This document shows, piece after piece, positions 62,701-64,000 of a stretch of 64,000 nt of DNA. Every line of letters starts with the position of its first letter. Position 1 is the first letter of the stretch. Below the pieces are notes generated by a model that did no database searches, was not told the origin of the DNA, and saw only the letters and a list, made by a program, of their open reading frames with translations. The position numbers and the translations under genes are program-made. This stretch comes from Mytilus californianus (Eukaryota), in the NCBI RefSeq assembly GCF_021869535.1, contig NW_026262745.1, positions 24,428,001 to 24,492,000 on the forward strand, given 5' to 3'.

Positions 62701-63965
62701 CGTTAAGACAAAACAAAAGACAACCACTAACAAGGTTCCTCACTATATTTTCCCATCAAGAATTAAACAAAGGCCAACAGAAAAAGGGGTTGTTTGAAGT
62801 TCCTGTATAGATGACTTTTGAATTTGTGCTCTTTCCCGCAAATTTCCTATGTCACAATGCTTATGTTAATATGTCACAGTAAGAACTGATTCTTTCGATG
62901 ATGTCATTCATGCCAATTGACCCAGGTCAAGCGGTGTAACTCATTCATAAAAACAACTCGAGATAGGTGAATAGGCCAGTATCACTAAAGTGTTTAAGTC
63001 AACAAAATTGCAGAAAGATCAAGATAAGGTTATTTTTTTTTGCATTACATATACCAGGTAATTAAGGTTAGGAGTGTGTACCTTGCGTTTTGTGTTTTTT
63101 AAACTTCTCCAAATTTGCCATGACAATAATTTGTCAGAGGTTCTGTAAAATTGTTTTATGAAACAAACTGTTGTAAAATAAAATCAAACAAAATAAAACA
63201 TAATACCTACACTGGTTTCATGTCATATTTTACAGCTTTTGCACTGGTGATGGTGATGTATTTGGACAGAAAAGAGATAGAGCTGAGTTACTGGACAACA
63301 CCATTGTTATACTGTCTCAGGAACAACTTAGAAATGTAAGAAAACATTTTTGTAAAAAAAAAATGACAATCTTCAATAACTGGAACAGCAGAATATTGGA
63401 TGTATTATTTAAGAAATTTTTAATGTTTTCAAAATCGCAATTTAAAATTTTCAATTTTGCTGTCTAAAATAAGAAAAGATCATAACAAATATACAACCCT
63501 TAAGATATATTAAAGACAAATCCATGTCCATAACTACTGGCTACTGTAAAGAATGGATATCCATTCAGTTGTGTGGTAATGAATCTCATTTCTGGAGTAG
63601 ACATTATAAAATCATCCACTGTTTATTAGATTTTGAAATCATCCATAGTTTATAATATTGTTAAATATCTGCTTTTTATCATGAACTGTTTATATTCTGA
63701 AATGTCAAATTTTGTTTTCATGTTTTATCATGAATTGTTGGCAATCAGTAATTTATTATGGATTTTTTAGTTGAATAACTTCATGTAATAATCATTTTTA
63801 TTGGATAATTATGGAAGTTTTGAAGATGTAAATCCAGTTTACCTACACAAATTTCATATCCAGACCTTACAGGTGTTTTCGGAATACAATAGAATTTTAT
63901 TATTTGTAGAGACTATCAGAGGTTGATGAAAAAGCATATTACCCACTAATTCACACAGATGATGA
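50550..63965 (+). CDS. TBCK: TBC domain-containing protein kinase-like protein (TBCK), first 13 coding exons; the gene continues beyond the window
   Basis: Exons 50550-50742, 51137-51209, 51593-51707, 52473-52546, 54358-54505, 54987-55056, 57956-58011, 59226-59287, 59771-59828, 60237-60330, 62022-62148, 63236-63335, 63910-63965, all phase consistent. Signatures [44 protein letters not shown]. Confidence 0.95.
51137..51209 (+). CDS. TBCK: TBCK coding exon 2
   Basis: [10 protein letters not shown]; 73 nt. Confidence 0.92.
51593..51707 (+). CDS. TBCK: TBCK coding exon 3
   Basis: [30 protein letters not shown]. Confidence 0.93.
52473..52546 (+). CDS. TBCK: TBCK coding exon 4
   Basis: [25 protein letters not shown]. 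Confidence 0.93.
52943..53478. repeat. 3 x 178-bp tandem repeat
   Basis: cccttaccaaagaatggact at 52954, 53132 and 53310. Confidence 0.95.
54104..54311. mobile_element. Short Tc1/mariner-like MITE with TA flanks
   Basis: tactgtaaattt ... aaattacagta. Confidence 0.65.
54358..54505 (+). CDS. TBCK: TBCK coding exon 5
   Basis: YMPPEV...[15 protein letters not shown]. Confidence 0.93.
54987..55056 (+). CDS. TBCK: TBCK coding exon 6
   Basis: [23 protein letters not shown]; GT-AG. Confidence 0.85.
55976..57665 (-). mobile_element. Internally deleted hAT-like DNA transposon remnant
   Basis: TIRs catacttgccaac / gttggcaactatg; subterminal gcgtgt repeats; minus-strand fragments resembling a BED/TTF zinc finger (56656-56874) and a transposase C-terminal segment (56413-56580). 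Confidence 0.65.
57956..58011 (+). CDS. TBCK: TBCK coding exon 7
   Basis: [18 protein letters not shown]; GT-AG. Confidence 0.82.
58091..58220. repeat. Degenerate ~30-bp minisatellite
   Basis: tgtttatgtcatggattagaaataatt units. Confidence 0.8.
58617..58690. repeat. 3 x 24-bp tandem repeat
   Basis: aagaacagttcatagcattgggaa x3. Confidence 0.93.
59226..59287 (+). CDS. TBCK: TBCK coding exon 8
   Basis: [20 protein letters not shown]. Confidence 0.9.
59771..59828 (+). CDS. TBCK: TBCK coding exon 9
   Basis: [13 protein letters not shown]. Confidence 0.88.
60237..60330 (+). CDS. TBCK: TBCK coding exon 10
   Basis: [15 protein letters not shown]. Confidence 0.85.
60868..61808. mobile_element. MITE with ~33-bp TIRs
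   Basis: aggccaggtttttaatttgttggtttacggatt / aattctgtaaaccaacaaattaaaaaaccctggcct. Confidence 0.78.
62022..62148 (+). CDS. TBCK: TBCK coding exon 11
   Basis: [25 protein letters not shown]...KPPV. Confidence 0.92.
62046..62430 (+). repeat. 3 x 128-bp tandem repeat covering the 3' part of TBCK exon 11 and its donor site
   Basis: tgtactacctc at 62052, 62180 and 62308; each unit contains aaagtaagtca. Confidence 0.95.
63236..63335 (+). CDS. TBCK: TBCK coding exon 12
   Basis: [23 protein letters not shown]. Confidence 0.9.
63910..63965 (+). CDS. TBCK: TBCK coding exon 13
   Basis: [14 protein letters not shown]; GA|gtaagt. Confidence 0.88.
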
Positions 63966-64000
63966 GTAAGTCAGTAATTAACAAGCATTTACGAACACAC

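Overview
AT-rich, intron-rich eukaryotic genomic DNA. The interspersed repeat types suggest a bivalve mollusc such as Mytilus (inference). Four spliced protein-coding genes were reconstructed by hand from splice sites and phase continuity. (1, 2) Two diverged tandem paralogues on the + strand (about 6979-14967 and 19445-24343) encode a coiled coil plus a MIEAP/SPATA18-like C-terminal domain; their 5' ends are unresolved. (3) A complete 17-exon Rab escort protein gene (REP/CHM) lies on the - strand (49318 to 25943, about 805 aa) and carries two coding tandem-repeat tracts. (4) The first 13 coding exons of TBCK lie on the + strand (50550 to beyond the window end), head-to-head with REP. Introns are packed with non-autonomous DNA elements. 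These include two ~2.9 kb Helentron-type (HINE/DINE-like) copies with higher-order satellite arrays, each nested inside another element, plus several MITEs and foldbacks and an internally deleted hAT-like remnant. There are also many local tandem duplications, one of which triplicates the 3' part of a TBCK exon with its donor site. No rRNA, tRNA or CRISPR array was recognised. Most ORF-track entries are spurious.
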